DNA of 47,471 nucleotides from a virus (Duplodnaviria; Heunggongvirae; Uroviricota; Caudoviricetes): IMG/VR virus record IMGVR_UViG_2541047941_000003, positions 1 to 47,471 of that record; one strand, 5' to 3'. Shown piece by piece: positions 46,923 to 47,471 of this stretch (position 1 is its first letter; each line of letters starts with the position of its first letter). The notes under the pieces were generated by a model. It saw only the letters and a program-made list of their open reading frames with translations, ran no database searches and was not told where the DNA came from. The position numbers and the translations under genes were made by a program.

Positions 46923-47471
46923 ATGATTTACGGTTATGCCCGAGTATCAACAAACCACCAGGACACTGAATTGCAACTAACGGCGCTCAAGTCAGCGGGT
47001 TGTGAGAAAATTTTTGAAGAGCATGCCAGCGGGAGGAAATCGAATCGGCCGGTTCTAAAACGGCTGATCGCCACTATGCAGCCGGGGGATGAACTGGTGG
47101 TCTGGAAGCTGGACAGGATAGGCCGCAACGTTCTGCATGCGCTGTTGATGTTCCAGCAGTTACAGGAAAAGGGTATCAACTTCCGCAGTATTACCGATGG
47201 CGTGGATCTCAAAACAGCCAGCGGCCGCTATAACTTTCGTAACATCCTTTCCGCAGCACAATATGAATCTGATCTTAATAGCGAACGTACCTTAGCAGGG
47301 CTGGCCGTAGCCAGGGCAAAATGGCGAGTTGGTGGTCGCAGGCCTAAGTTCACGGATGAGCAATGGCGGGAAATGGGGGAGCGGATGGCAACCGGTGAAT
47401 CACGACAAAGCGTATCAAAAACGTATGGAGTAGGGCTCTCAACTCTGTATAAAAAGTTTCCAGCTAGCTGA
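46923..47471 (+). CDS. Serine recombinase, DNA invertase type (Hin/Gin/Pin family)
   Basis: 182 aa; N-terminal YARVST (catalytic Ser), VVWKLDRIGR, C-terminal HTH GLSTLYKKFPA; stop codon is last 3 bases of window. Confidence 0.85.
   Translation: MIYGYARVSTNHQDTELQLTALKSAGCEKIFEEHASGRKSNRPVLKRLIATMQPGDELVVWKLDRIGRNVLHALLMFQQLQEKGINFRSITDGVDLKTASGRYNFRNILSAAQYESDLNSERTLAGLAVARAKWRVGGRRPKFTDEQWREMGERMATGESRQSVSKTYGVGLSTLYKKFPAS

Overview
The window is almost entirely one ~46.4 kb prophage with lambdoid gene order and a Mu-like contractile tail (an SfV-like mosaic); all calls are from reading the sequence and ORF track, with no database search run. Left to right: P4-family tyrosine integrase (attL lies left of the window), Xis-like gene, RecE/RecT-like recombination module, an OL-like operator, an AT-rich three-gene cassette co-oriented with a short peptidase-less cI-type repressor, OR operators, cro-like gene, O/P replication genes with iterons, nin-region genes including a C5 cytosine methyltransferase with an unusual 3' insertion, a LexA-box-controlled dinI-like gene, NinG, Q-like antiterminator, tR'-like terminators, holin/lysozyme/Rz/Rz1, a TGTCCCA repeat array, terminase, lambda-like head genes, Mu-like sheath/tube/frameshifted chaperone/tape measure/baseplate, a Gly-rich tail fibre, a low-GC acyltransferase-3 gene, an SGNH-domain tailspike-like protein and a second LexA-box-controlled operon encoding a UmuD-like protein. 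The prophage appears to end inside a yecE-like gene near 46400; only ~320 bp of host-like DNA (yecE 5' end plus yecD 3' end) follows before a Hin/Pin-type serine invertase gene at the window edge. The best candidate for an undescribed system is the AT-rich cassette 7365..8492, which sits in the rexAB-equivalent position downstream of cI.
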